Source: Salinisphaera sp. (GTDB lineage: Bacteria > Pseudomonadota > Gammaproteobacteria > Nevskiales > Salinisphaeraceae). Taken from it: DNA of 64,000 bases. The stretch spans positions 5,494 to 69,493 of the forward strand of contig NZ_PBYA01000033.1 of assembly GCF_002729955.1 (NCBI RefSeq), in the 5' to 3' direction. Numbering within the stretch: position 1 is the first letter of the stretch; each line of letters opens with the position of its first letter. Below are positions 16,984 to 27,084 of this stretch, one piece after another. The notes under the pieces were generated by a model. The model saw only the letters and a list, made by a program, of their open reading frames with translations. It was not told the origin of the DNA and ran no database searches. Position numbers and translations under genes: made by a program.

Positions 16984-19900
16984 CTAGCGGTCGATCGAAT
17001 AGATCAGGTCGCCGCCCGTGGCCACGCTGCTGGACTCGGTTTCCAGGCGCCAGCGCGAGCTGAGCGTATAGCGTAGCGACAGCGTCGACACCGGGTTGAA
17101 CAGCCCGATCCCGTAACTCACATAGAGCTTGGGCGACAGATACTTGCCGACCGTGAAGGCGGCGTTGTCGCTGGACTGTCCCGCCCCGGCGCCAATACCG
17201 ATATCGTCGATACCGAGCCGATCGCCGACGTTTTCAAGCGTCTGGTTGGCGCGGTTGTTCCCCAGCGCCAGCGCAGCCCGTGCCACCAGGCTGGACTGCT
17301 GGCTGTTGGCGCCGTCGAGCGGGCGGCCGAGCAACAGCCACGACAGCTGTTCGGACTGGCCCATAGCGGGCTCGGAGAACAGCGTCAGCCGCGGGTTTTC
17401 AACGCTGCCCCGGACTTCCACACCCACGGTCACATCCTCGGCCGGGTAGCGCGCCGCGCGCAGATCCAAGCCGGGTTCGCTCACCGGCCCGCCGGCAAAC
17501 AGAATACGGCCTTCCTGAATATCGAGATTCTGGCCGTAGGCCCGGTAGGCGCCGTCCACGATCTGGATTTCGCCGGTGCCGGTGGTCACATCACCCGGCT
17601 GCTGCACCACGCGCAGATCGCCGGTGAGATTGGCACTCAGACCGAAACCTTCGATATGCACGTCGTCGCCGAGTACCACCTGCACATCGGCATGAATCGC
17701 ACGGGTGATCGCCTCGGTCGCCGCATCGGGTTGTTCGTCGGTCACGATCACCTGATCGCCCGAGACGGTGGTCACGCCCGAGGCCGGCAGATCCCGGGGT
17801 GTAATCGAGGCTTCGGGCACCACCACGCGGCCTTCGACATCCACCCGCGACGGGGTGACGGCCACGCGAAGATCGGGGCTGACATAGGCGGTGGCGTCCG
17901 GGATGTTGACCACCTGAAAACGCTCGCCACGAATGGTCAGATCGACGTCCTGACCGTCGTCGTTGAGCGCGATCGCGCCGTTGGCGTTCAGCGTGCCGCC
18001 GCCGGATTTCGCACTCGCGTCGATATCGATGGTGTCGCCACGCCCGGTGGCCGCCAGGCTGAGATCGGTGAGTACCAGGCCGGGCGTGACCAGCACCACG
18101 CGCGAGGCGTTCAGGCCGATATCGCCCAGCACGGTCGGGCGCGCGAGGCTGCCGCCCAGGTTGAGCTGGCCGGCGATCTTGCCATCGAACTCGTCGACTT
18201 CGGGCGAGAGCTGCTCGATGACCGACAGGCGCTGGATATCGAGGTTCACGGACCCGCTGAGCGCGCGTTCGGTCAGCGGCGCAGCGCCCGGCGCGACCGC
18301 GACATCCGCGGCAATACGTCCGGTCTGGCCCAGCGGCAGATCGATCGCGCCGTCGAGCGCCGAGCGCTGCATGCGCAGGGTGATGGTGCCGGGCTGCATA
18401 TCCACGATGCGTACGACGCGCTCGTCGGGCTGGGTCAAGGAGACGCTGCCGGCACTGGTGTTCAGGCGCGCGTCGACGTCGGGGTCGCCGCCGGCCGGCA
18501 GGCGGGCATCGATGGTGCCGGATACCGAGCCATCGATATCCAGGCCTTCCGGAAAATAGATGCGGGCATAGTCGTAGGCGAAATCCGACAGCTCGATATG
18601 CGCGCTGCTGGCGTTGGCGTCGTGACTGCCGCGCAGACAAACGCGGGCATCGCCCGAGGTCAGGCAGGCGTTGTCGATCGACTGCGCCTCGGCCGAGACG
18701 GCGCCCTTTGCGGTAGTGGCGAGCGTCCAGGGGGCCAGTTCGCCGTAGGCGGCCTTGAGCTGGTCGAGCGTATACCGCCAGTTCATGGTCTTCTTGTCGA
18801 GTGCACCGTCGAGGCCGATATCGGCGGTGGCGATTTCGGAATCCACGTTGGCGCTGATCGAATGCGCGCCGGGCGTACCGTTCATGCGCAGGGCCACGCT
18901 GTCGATCGCCTGACCACCGGCCTCCACGCCGGCGATATCCAGCACCACGTTGGAGCGGCTGTTGCCGGACCAGTCGACCCTGGCATTCAGGTCGGCACGC
19001 GCCACGCGGTTGTCGTCGACCGCGATATTGCGGGCGGCGAGCGTGGCATCCACGTTGGGCGCCGAAACACGCCCCTTGACGGTTCCGCGGCTTTGCAAGG
19101 AACCGGCCAGTGTCGGCCAGGCGGTGGACAGATCGCTGGAATCGATCGTCCAGCGCCCGTCGAGCGCAGCATCCGGGGTCCAGCCAAAGCGTCCGCTGAT
19201 CTTCGCGTCGGTGGCACCCGAGACCAGATCGAAGCGCTCCACGAGCACGTGATCGCCCAGATAGCGTGCCTTGGCATCCAGGCGCAGCGGCTGTCGGCGC
19301 AGGCTGCCGCGGGCAGTGAGCTTGTCGATGTCGGCCACGATGCGCTCGCCGTCCTGTTTCGCGCGCAGGTCGGCGACCAGGTTGAAATCGCCCGGTACAT
19401 CGGCCACCACCGCGCCCGGATTGATGTTTTTGCCTTCCAGATGGGCGTTGACGTCGAGCGCTGGCGCCCAGCGGATCGAGGCGTTGCCATTGATATCGCC
19501 CGGCCCGCCGCTGATATCGAGCTTGGCCAGCTCGAAGGCTTCCATGCTGCCGCGGCCGTCGAGGCTGAGCTTGCCAGCGGTCTGGCCCACGACCTGCCAC
19601 GCCAGGTTGGTGGCCAGCTCGTAATCGGTCATTTCGCCGGTCAGGCGCACACGCCCCGTCTCGGAGCGATACGCCGGCGTACCGGCCAGTGGCCACTGCA
19701 GATCGGCCCAGTCCACCGAAAGGTCCATGGCATTGCCTTCGGCCAGCGCCACCTGGCCCTTGGCAGCGAGCGTGCCGGCCATGTCCGGGCTGGAGAGATT
19801 CAGGCTGTCGATAACGAGGGTATCGCCGGTATAGCGCAGGGTGCTGGTCAGCGCGGCGCGGCCGTAATCGGCGCTGTCGGCATCGACATCCACATTCACT

Positions 19901-20880
19901 TCGAGGGCATCGATCGGCCCCTTCGCGCCGATCGTGGCGGTGAACCCGGCCTGGGGCAGATCCTCGCGGATGGCCGGCAGGCGCGTATTGTCGAGCTTGA
20001 GGGTGGCATCGACGGCCGGCTTGTCGAGGGCGTCGGTCAGCCGTCCGCTCAAGTTGACGTTATAGGGCGCGGCCACGGTCAGGCTCACGCCCAGATCGGC
20101 CAGATCGCCTTCGATCTCGGCGTCGGCCTCGATCGGTGCGAGATCGGGCAGGCGCAGCGCGGCGTTGAGCGACAGATTGGTGGCATAGCCACCGCGCGGG
20201 TTGAGCCGCGCCTGGGCATCCACGTCGAACATCGGGCCATGGCCGGTCAACGATTCGATACGCCAATCCTCGTCGTCCAGCCGTGCATTGGCCAGGCGCG
20301 CGCTATCCACCACGAAGGGCTCGGCCTCGGGTGCGGTCTTCGCCGAGATATCGTCGAGAGACACCCGGTCGATCTGTACCGCCACCGGCAGATCGATCGC
20401 GTCCGGCAGGCTGAACGGCTCAGCCGGTTCTTCCGGCTCGGGTTCCGGGGTATCGACGATCTTTGTGACTTCGTAGTTCACCCCGCGTACGGCGAGATTG
20501 CGTACATGCACGGTGGCCGAAAGCAGTTCGCTGGCCGTCCAGTCCAGATCCACCGCGTTGACCGACAGCTTCATGGTCTCGGTTTCGACGTTCACGCCGC
20601 GCACTTCCAGCGGGCCGATCAGCCGGCCTTCGACGCTGGCCACTTCAATGCCGTCGGGCAGGCGCGGACCGATCTGGCCCCAGGCGAAGTCGAGCCCGCT
20701 GCGCGTGGTCGCCACCCAGGCGATCAGGCCGACGAGTACGAGCACGATCACCAGCAGGGTCAACAGCGTCCATTTGACGATACGCCAGACCCGCGAACGC
20801 TTCTTGGCGGCCGCGTGCTTCTGCTCGCCGTTTGCCTGCGCGGGCGCGGAGGCGGCGTTGTTGTCGTCGTGTTCGCTCAC
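16984..20880 (-). CDS. tamB: translocation and assembly module subunit TamB (DUF490/AsmA-like)
   Basis: 1298 aa with an N-terminal TM anchor and a long beta-rich repetitive body. The C-terminal DUF490-like region ends ...LSLRYTLSSRWRLETESS. The GTG start overlaps the tamA stop (GTGA). Confidence 0.9.
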   Translation of the reverse strand: MSEHDDNNAASAPAQANGEQKHAAAKKRSRVWRIVKWTLLTLLVIVLVLVGLIAWVATTRSGLDFAWGQIGPRLPDGIEVASVEGRLIGPLEVRGVNVETETMKLSVNAVDLDWTASELLSATVHVRNLAVRGVNYEVTKIVDTPEPEPEEPAEPFSLPDAIDLPVAVQIDRVSLDDISAKTAPEAEPFVVDSARLANARLDDEDWRIESLTGHGPMFDVDAQARLNPRGGYATNLSLNAALRLPDLAPIEADAEIEGDLADLGVSLTVAAPYNVNLSGRLTDALDKPAVDATLKLDNTRLPAIREDLPQAGFTATIGAKGPIDALEVNVDVDADSADYGRAALTSTLRYTGDTLVIDSLNLSSPDMAGTLAAKGQVALAEGNAMDLSVDWADLQWPLAGTPAYRSETGRVRLTGEMTDYELATNLAWQVVGQTAGKLSLDGRGSMEAFELAKLDISGGPGDINGNASIRWAPALDVNAHLEGKNINPGAVVADVPGDFNLVADLRAKQDGERIVADIDKLTARGSLRRQPLRLDAKARYLGDHVLVERFDLVSGATDAKISGRFGWTPDAALDGRWTIDSSDLSTAWPTLAGSLQSRGTVKGRVSAPNVDATLAARNIAVDDNRVARADLNARVDWSGNSRSNVVLDIAGVEAGGQAIDSVALRMNGTPGAHSISANVDSEIATADIGLDGALDKKTMNWRYTLDQLKAAYGELAPWTLATTAKGAVSAEAQSIDNACLTSGDARVCLRGSHDANASSAHIELSDFAYDYARIYFPEGLDIDGSVSGTIDARLPAGGDPDVDARLNTSAGSVSLTQPDERVVRIVDMQPGTITLRMQRSALDGAIDLPLGQTGRIAADVAVAPGAAPLTERALSGSVNLDIQRLSVIEQLSPEVDEFDGKIAGQLNLGGSLARPTVLGDIGLNASRVVLVTPGLVLTDLSLAATGRGDTIDIDASAKSGGGTLNANGAIALNDDGQDVDLTIRGERFQVVNIPDATAYVSPDLRVAVTPSRVDVEGRVVVPEASITPRDLPASGVTTVSGDQVIVTDEQPDAATEAITRAIHADVQVVLGDDVHIEGFGLSANLTGDLRVVQQPGDVTTGTGEIQIVDGAYRAYGQNLDIQEGRILFAGGPVSEPGLDLRAARYPAEDVTVGVEVRGSVENPRLTLFSEPAMGQSEQLSWLLLGRPLDGANSQQSSLVARAALALGNNRANQTLENVGDRLGIDDIGIGAGAGQSSDNAAFTVGKYLSPKLYVSYGIGLFNPVSTLSLRYTLSSRWRLETESSSVATGGDLIYSIDR

Positions 20881-22772
20881 AGATCGGGGCCGAGGCTGAA
20901 GTGAATACGGAAATCGCTGTCCGGATCGTCCAGCGGGTGGGCCAGATCGAGCCGGATCTGGCCGACCGGCGAGGCCCAGCGAAAGCCGATGCCCACGCCC
21001 CGCTTGAAGTCGAAGCTGGTGGTATTGGCGACATCGCCGACGTCGAAGAAGGCGGCCAGACCGTAATCCTTGTAGACCTTGTAGTCGGCTTCGATACTGC
21101 CTACGGCCAGATAACGGCCCCCGATGTTGTCGCCGTCGGCGTTTTCCGGGCTGATCTGCTGGTAGCCATAGCCGCGCACGGTACGATCGCCACCGGTGAA
21201 GAACCGCTGCGACGGCGGCAGTTCGTCGAAGTCGTCCACTTCGATGGCGCCGAACTGGCTACGCAACAGCAGCCGGGACTTGGAGGTCAACGGCAGAACC
21301 GCGTTGCCGGTCACCTTCGCCTGGACAAAATCCACGCTCGAGCCCAGCGACTCGCTGGCGCCGTGCACGTCCACCGACGCGCTTACACCCTTGCGCGTAT
21401 TGAGCAGGTCGTCGGCCTTCTGCAGGGTAAGCGTATAACCGGGGTAGAGCAGCGTGGAGGTGCGATCGCCCACGTCATCGCCCAGGTCGTAGGTTTCGCG
21501 TTCGAGATTGATATAGGCGCGCTTGCGCCCGAGCGACCAGCCGGTATCCCGGACCGCGCCGATGCCGTAGTTGATCGAGGTGATATCGCCGAAATCCTCG
21601 TTGGCGACGTTGGCGGTGAAGCTGAGCTTGTCCTGGGCGACGTTGGCGATGGGGATATCGTAGGACGCCTGCAGAGCCTGCTGAACCGCCGACAGGCGCA
21701 GATCGCTGCGAAACTGATGGCCGCGCTTGTTGAGATGGCGAAACTTCACGCCCAGACCCACGCGCGGGCCGGTATCCGTGCCGTAGCCGGCCGAGATCTG
21801 ATAGCTCTGCGGCTTGCTCGCTTCGGCGGTCACCCCCACCGGCACCTGTAGCCGGCCGATACTGATGAGCGGGTCGTCCGGCGGGTAGATGATATCGAAC
21901 AGCCAGTCGCCGATCGGTGCTTCGCGCTCGGCGTCGCCGCGTTCGGCCTGAATCGAGATCTTGTTGAAATAATCGGTATCCGACAGGATCAGCTGCAGGT
22001 CGACCAGGCGCTCGGCATCGAACGGGTCGCCGGCCTTGAACGGCACGAAACGACGCACGAAATCGTCGTTGAGTACGTCCTGGTCGAAGTTGACGTCGCC
22101 GAAGTAGTAGCGCTCGCCGGTATCGAGCACCAGATCGATGGCCGCCGTATTGTTGTCGGGGCGCACGCGAATGACCGCCTGGCTGAATCGTGCATCGAGA
22201 TAGCCCGCATCGTAGGCCGCGGTATACAGCGCGTTCTTGGTGGCCGTGTACTGCGAATGGATCAGGCGCTTGCCGGTGGCCAGCCTGCTCGCCCGCAGCG
22301 CCTCGCGGATTTCTGGCAGCTCGTCGCCCGGTCCGCGTACGGCCAGGTTGAGCGCGGTGACTTTCGTCTGCGGTCCGCGATCGATACGAAACGTGGCCTG
22401 CCAGGTATCGCCATCGCCGTCGGGCTCGGCCAGCGTTTGTTCGATCGTCGGGTTGTAATAGCCGAAAGGCGCGAGCGCGGCCTTGATCTCGTTGGGCGCA
22501 AGCCGATACAGCCGCCGGATCTTGCCGGGCGCCCAGGGCTTTTCATGCTCGGCGGCCACCGACAGCGAGTTGCGCACGTTGGCAAGCAACGGGTCGTTGA
22601 TGCCGTCGATATTGACGTTGACCGTATCGGCCACCGCCGGACGCACGAGCACGCCCGCTAGCGCGATCATAACGACCAGCGGCAGATGCCGCCGCTTGAA
22701 CAATCTGCGATAGCGCTCGATCACGGTGCTCGTGTTACCCACCCAATAATGTACCCGCGCCTGCGTTTTCAA
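20877..22772 (-). CDS. tamA: outer-membrane autotransporter assembly factor TamA (Omp85 family)
   Basis: 631 aa with POTRA-like repeats and an Omp85 barrel ending ...DSDFRIHFSLGPDL. Operon with tamB. The true start may lie at an internal Met before the signal peptide (MIALAGVLVRPAVA). Confidence 0.88.
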   Translation of the reverse strand: MKTQARVHYWVGNTSTVIERYRRLFKRRHLPLVVMIALAGVLVRPAVADTVNVNIDGINDPLLANVRNSLSVAAEHEKPWAPGKIRRLYRLAPNEIKAALAPFGYYNPTIEQTLAEPDGDGDTWQATFRIDRGPQTKVTALNLAVRGPGDELPEIREALRASRLATGKRLIHSQYTATKNALYTAAYDAGYLDARFSQAVIRVRPDNNTAAIDLVLDTGERYYFGDVNFDQDVLNDDFVRRFVPFKAGDPFDAERLVDLQLILSDTDYFNKISIQAERGDAEREAPIGDWLFDIIYPPDDPLISIGRLQVPVGVTAEASKPQSYQISAGYGTDTGPRVGLGVKFRHLNKRGHQFRSDLRLSAVQQALQASYDIPIANVAQDKLSFTANVANEDFGDITSINYGIGAVRDTGWSLGRKRAYINLERETYDLGDDVGDRTSTLLYPGYTLTLQKADDLLNTRKGVSASVDVHGASESLGSSVDFVQAKVTGNAVLPLTSKSRLLLRSQFGAIEVDDFDELPPSQRFFTGGDRTVRGYGYQQISPENADGDNIGGRYLAVGSIEADYKVYKDYGLAAFFDVGDVANTTSFDFKRGVGIGFRWASPVGQIRLDLAHPLDDPDSDFRIHFSLGPDL

Positions 22773-22926
22773 GACGAAGCCCCCTGGGAAGCCGCAGTCA
22801 CGGCCCGAAAAACGCAGACCCAGCGTCCAGATTACCGCAAACGCTTTCCTGCCCCATAAACGAGCGGGGCGTGCGTCGCGTCTACTGTCTACGTGCGATG
22901 CCCGTCGCGGCGATTCATGTGCGCTG

Positions 22927-24879
22927 CTAGCCGTCGAAATTATCGATGGTCAGGGGCCGACAATCCTCGACGCCCGCGATCCGCAGTACGCGGGTATAGA
23001 AAGCGCGCTCGGACTCGATGGCGGTACGGATATTGTCGGCGTCGCGAAAGCCGTGGCGCTCTTCGGGAAACACCACGTAGGCCACGGCCACGCCGCGTTC
23101 GCGCAGCGCTTCGACCATGGTCTCGGCCTGATCGGGCGGCACGACCTTGTCCTTGAGCCCCTGCAGGAACAACACCGGGCAGGCCAGACGTTCGGCATGG
23201 GCGAGCGGTGAACGCTCGGTCAGCAGGACGTCGTCGGCGCCGATCAGCCGATGCAGGTAGCGCGATTCGAATTTATGCGTCGAGGCCATCAGGCGACGCA
23301 GGTCACCGATGCCGTAATAGCTCGCCCCGGCGGCGGCCACATCGGTGAATGTGAGCACGCACAGCACGGTATAGCCGCCGGCACTGCTGCCGGAAATGAG
23401 CACGCGCTCGCCGTCGACCCGGCCGAGCTCGGTCAGATGACGTGCGCCGTATTCACAGTCGGCCACATCGGCCACGCCCCAGGCATCGGTGAGCTTCTGA
23501 CGATAGGTACGACCATAGCCGGTGCTGCCGCGATAGTTCACGTCCAGCAGCGCATAGCCGCGCGATGTCCAGTACTGGATACGCGCATCCAGGGCGGTGC
23601 TGGTCGCCCCGGTGGGGCCGCCGTGGCACTTGAGGATCAGCGGCGGGCGCTCGTCATCGGGGCCGCGACAGACATGGCTTGCCGGCGCGTAGTAGAGCCC
23701 GTGCGCGGTATCGCCGTCGGCGGTCGGCCAGCTCATCGGTTGCGGCGCTGCCAAGGCGGTGTCGCCCGGCAGGCCGTCGGTGGCCCGCAGCACACGGGCC
23801 GTGCCGTCGCGCTCGATGGCCACCAGCTGTTTGGGCGTGCGCGCGTTCGCGGCCACCACGACCACGCGGTCGCCGACGGCCTGCAGCTGTTCATAGAAAT
23901 CCCAGGCCAGCGGCCAGGGCGAGAACGCGCCGTTGTTCGGATCGACCTCGCCGAGCTGCCACAGGCCATCGGCGCTGGCCATGGCAATGAGCCGGCCGTC
24001 GGCGGTGAAGGTATAGGTACTCTGGCCGAACACCCATTGCGGCACGCCGAATTCCGCGCGCTCGCGGGTGACTGCCTCGAAGCCATCCTGGCCCGACCGC
24101 TCGCGATAGATATTCCACCACTCGTTTTCGTCGCAGACGATATGCAGCCGCCCGTTCGGGTCGAAACGCGGGCCGAACAGCGAGGCATCGGCCGGTGCCC
24201 ACAGACAGCGCGGCACGCCGGGCATGCCGTCGTCATCGATCTCGGCCTGCCAGAGTTCGGTGGCATCCCAGGGCATATCGGGATGATTCCAGGCCAGCCA
24301 CACCAGGCGCTCGCCACCCGGGCACAGCCGCGGGCTGGCATAGAAGTCGTGGCCTTCGGCGACGACATGGCGTCGTCCATCGGCGGTGACGATTTCGATC
24401 GTCGCCTTCGGCTCGCCGCCCTCGACCGGGGTTTCTGCCACCACCACCATTTGCTCGCGGCGGGCATCGTATTGCAGGTCGGCAAAGCGGACGTCGTCGT
24501 CGCTCGCCGTGACGGGGCGGATGGTGGCGTCGGCATCACGCCGATAGATCGCCTGATCGGCCGCGTTGACGAACCACACGGTCTGCCCATGCACGGTAAA
24601 CGCTGCGCCGCCGTATTCGTGGACCGCGCTGCGCGCACTCAGCGGTGCATCGAGCAGTGACACGGCCTCGCCGCGGTCATCGAGGCGCATGATCGTGTTG
24701 CGGCCGGCCTCGTCGGGGCGGCTTTCGATCCAGTACAGGGTCGGCGTCTCGACGCCCGTGTCCACGCAGACATCGCTGAGTTTACGCCCCGCCGCAGCCA
24801 CATGATCGGCGGTGATGGCCGACGGCCAGCTGCCGTAGGGGCGGATTTCGCGCTCTGTGCTTTCCTGCGTGCTCATCAT
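22927..24879 (-). CDS. S9 family serine peptidase (prolyl oligopeptidase / acylaminoacyl-peptidase-like)
   Basis: Start trimmed to MMSTQESTER. Beta-propeller N-terminal half, then a C-terminal alpha/beta hydrolase with the GSSAGGY nucleophile motif. Confidence 0.85.
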   Translation of the reverse strand: MMSTQESTEREIRPYGSWPSAITADHVAAAGRKLSDVCVDTGVETPTLYWIESRPDEAGRNTIMRLDDRGEAVSLLDAPLSARSAVHEYGGAAFTVHGQTVWFVNAADQAIYRRDADATIRPVTASDDDVRFADLQYDARREQMVVVAETPVEGGEPKATIEIVTADGRRHVVAEGHDFYASPRLCPGGERLVWLAWNHPDMPWDATELWQAEIDDDGMPGVPRCLWAPADASLFGPRFDPNGRLHIVCDENEWWNIYRERSGQDGFEAVTRERAEFGVPQWVFGQSTYTFTADGRLIAMASADGLWQLGEVDPNNGAFSPWPLAWDFYEQLQAVGDRVVVVAANARTPKQLVAIERDGTARVLRATDGLPGDTALAAPQPMSWPTADGDTAHGLYYAPASHVCRGPDDERPPLILKCHGGPTGATSTALDARIQYWTSRGYALLDVNYRGSTGYGRTYRQKLTDAWGVADVADCEYGARHLTELGRVDGERVLISGSSAGGYTVLCVLTFTDVAAAGASYYGIGDLRRLMASTHKFESRYLHRLIGADDVLLTERSPLAHAERLACPVLFLQGLKDKVVPPDQAETMVEALRERGVAVAYVVFPEERHGFRDADNIRTAIESERAFYTRVLRIAGVEDCRPLTIDNFDG

Positions 24880-24892
24880 GACAACGCCTTTT

Positions 24893-25657
24893 TCAAAGAT
24901 CAGTCCAGTGTTCGTCGATTGCGTGCGTGGGCCGTGCATCCGCGTCGAAACCCCGCTCGTGGAATGCAACCGAACCGTCGGCGCCGCGTTTGATCACCGT
25001 GGAGGCACGCGTGCCGTAGTAGCCGCTGCGAATGAAAAGCGGGGATAGAAAACGCTCGCGCTCAGTGCCGATGCCGGTATCCGGGAGGGCGTCGATGGCT
25101 ACGGTATCCGTATCGGCCAACAGCTCGAACAACGTCTCGGCGTCGAGATCATCGTTTTCGATGCGCGTGCGCAGCCGCGATTGGGCCGCCTCGGTCTTGG
25201 GCCAGTGATCCCCCCAGCAGCCGTTGGAAATGGCGTGCACGCCCGGACGCAGCCGAAGATGACGCACCGCACCGCGATTGGATACGAACCACAGGCTCGT
25301 TCGATCGCCGACCAGCAGATTGAACGGCCCGTAGGCATCGCCTTCGGCATGCATGCGCGCGGCCCAGTCGTCGGCATTGGTTTGTGTCGCGAAATAATCG
25401 CGTACCAGCAGGCCACGCGAACGCGCCTCGGCCACCTTCGATGCCTCGCGGACGTTGGTCACGGCCGCAAAGCGACCCTGCCGGTCGGCTGCGCACCAGG
25501 CGCCGCCGGCCTGCAGATCGCGCCCACCGAAGGCTTCGGCCGGCTGTTGCCACCAATGGGCGGCCTCGGTGGGGCGGGCATGAAACTCGTCGCGATTGGC
25601 GGCCACGATGAGGTCCAGCTCAGGATGCGCGCGCCAGGCAAAGGCGATCAGACACAT
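24893..25657 (-). CDS. NRDE family protein (DUF833/TANGO2-like)
   Basis: 254 aa. MCLIAFAW... and the eponymous VAANRDEF motif. Confidence 0.85.
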   Translation of the reverse strand: MCLIAFAWRAHPELDLIVAANRDEFHARPTEAAHWWQQPAEAFGGRDLQAGGAWCAADRQGRFAAVTNVREASKVAEARSRGLLVRDYFATQTNADDWAARMHAEGDAYGPFNLLVGDRTSLWFVSNRGAVRHLRLRPGVHAISNGCWGDHWPKTEAAQSRLRTRIENDDLDAETLFELLADTDTVAIDALPDTGIGTERERFLSPLFIRSGYYGTRASTVIKRGADGSVAFHERGFDADARPTHAIDEHWTDL

Positions 25658-25722
25658 ATAGCAATCTCTCCCGCGCTGCGCGAAGCTGCTAAGCTTTTCG
25701 GCCGCTTTTTCGGTGCAGAATC

Positions 25723-27048
25723 ATGAGCGATAGCAACAGTACGCGACATCATGTCGTGATCGTCGGTGGCGGTTTTGGCGGTCTGTTCGCCGCGCGCAAG
25801 CTCGGAGGAAGCGGCTACGACGTAACGCTTGTGGACAAGCGTAATTTCCATACCTTTCAGCCTCTGCTGTATCAGGTCGCCGTCGGCATGCTCACCACCG
25901 GCGATGTGTGTACGCCCCATCGGGTGACCCTGCGCCGCAAGAAAAACATCCGCTCGCTGATGAGTACGGCCTACGATATCGACCCGGCGAAGCGTCTCAT
26001 ATTTCATGAAAGCGGCGAGCTTTCCTACGACACGCTGATTGTGGCCACCGGCGTCAAACATGCCTATTTCGGCAACGACGAGTGGAGCGAGCACGCCCCC
26101 GGCCTGAAAACGGTGGAGCACGCGCTGCGCATGCGTCGGCGTATTTTCCATGCCTTCGAAACCGCCGAGCTTACCAGCGACGCCGCCGAACGCGCGCCCT
26201 GGCTGAACTTCGTGGTGGTCGGCGCGGGGCCGACGGGCGTGGAGCTGGCCGGCGCCATCGCCGAACTCGCGCATCGCATCATGGTGGAGGATTTCCGCAG
26301 CTTCGATCCACGTGAAACACGCATTCTGCTGGTCGAAGGGGCAGAGCGCGTGCTGCCGGCCTACCCGGAAAAGCTTTCGCGCCAGGCCAAGGAGATGCTG
26401 GAAGAACTGGGCGTCGAGGTGGTCACCGATACGATGGTGTCCTCGATCGATGAACAGGGCGTGGCCATGAAAGGCCCGGACGGCGAAAAGACGCTGGCTG
26501 CACGGACCGTGCTCTGGGCGGCCGGGGTGCGCGCTTCGGTGTTCGGCGAGATTCTGGCCGAGCGCACCGAGGCCGAACGGGCCGGCGGTGGCCGCCTGGT
26601 GGTGGATACCGACCTGACCCTGCCCGGCTACCCGGATATCTTCGTGATCGGCGATCTGGCCGCGGTGACCGATCGTGCCGACAAGGCGGTGCCCGGCCTC
26701 GCACCGGCCGCTATCCAGCAGGGCGAATATGTCGCTGGTGTGCTCAAGCGACGTCGCCGTGGCAAGACCACCCCCGGCTTCAAGTACAAGGACAAGGGCA
26801 GCATGGCGGTCATCGGACGCAACCGCGCCGTGGCCAATCTGCCGGGCTTCACCATGGCCGGTTTCAGTGCCTGGCTACTGTGGGTGCTGATCCATATCTA
26901 TGCGCTGATCGGCAGCGAACGCCGGCTGCGGGTGATGGTGCAATGGGTATGGAAATACTTCACCTGCCGCACCGGCGATCGGCTGATCACCGGCCGGCCG
27001 CCCAACACCCGCCGGCTGCATCAGACCCGCGGTGAAAAACCCCGCTGA
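25723..27048 (+). CDS. ndh: type II NADH:quinone oxidoreductase (NDH-2)
   Basis: 441 aa. HHVVIVGGGFGGLFAARKL and a second dinucleotide fold, VVVGAGPTGVELAGAIAE. Confidence 0.9.
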   Translation: MSDSNSTRHHVVIVGGGFGGLFAARKLGGSGYDVTLVDKRNFHTFQPLLYQVAVGMLTTGDVCTPHRVTLRRKKNIRSLMSTAYDIDPAKRLIFHESGELSYDTLIVATGVKHAYFGNDEWSEHAPGLKTVEHALRMRRRIFHAFETAELTSDAAERAPWLNFVVVGAGPTGVELAGAIAELAHRIMVEDFRSFDPRETRILLVEGAERVLPAYPEKLSRQAKEMLEELGVEVVTDTMVSSIDEQGVAMKGPDGEKTLAARTVLWAAGVRASVFGEILAERTEAERAGGGRLVVDTDLTLPGYPDIFVIGDLAAVTDRADKAVPGLAPAAIQQGEYVAGVLKRRRRGKTTPGFKYKDKGSMAVIGRNRAVANLPGFTMAGFSAWLLWVLIHIYALIGSERRLRVMVQWVWKYFTCRTGDRLITGRPPNTRRLHQTRGEKPR

Positions 27049-27084
27049 CGCGCCCGCCTCACGGCTGGACGATCAACCGGTTGA

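Noticed and set aside
17656-20904. 1082-aa plus-strand ORF antisense to tamB. Similar long shadow ORFs lie opposite aceE (52221-54935), yidC (42932-44896), polA (9900-11312), gyrB (36652-38463) and the hypothetical gene at 59665-61527
   Set aside because: These are typical GC-rich antisense shadow ORFs. They are Arg/Gly/Ala/His-rich, lack recognisable domains, and lie opposite ORFs with unambiguous conserved-protein signatures or clear TM/GC3 coding signals.
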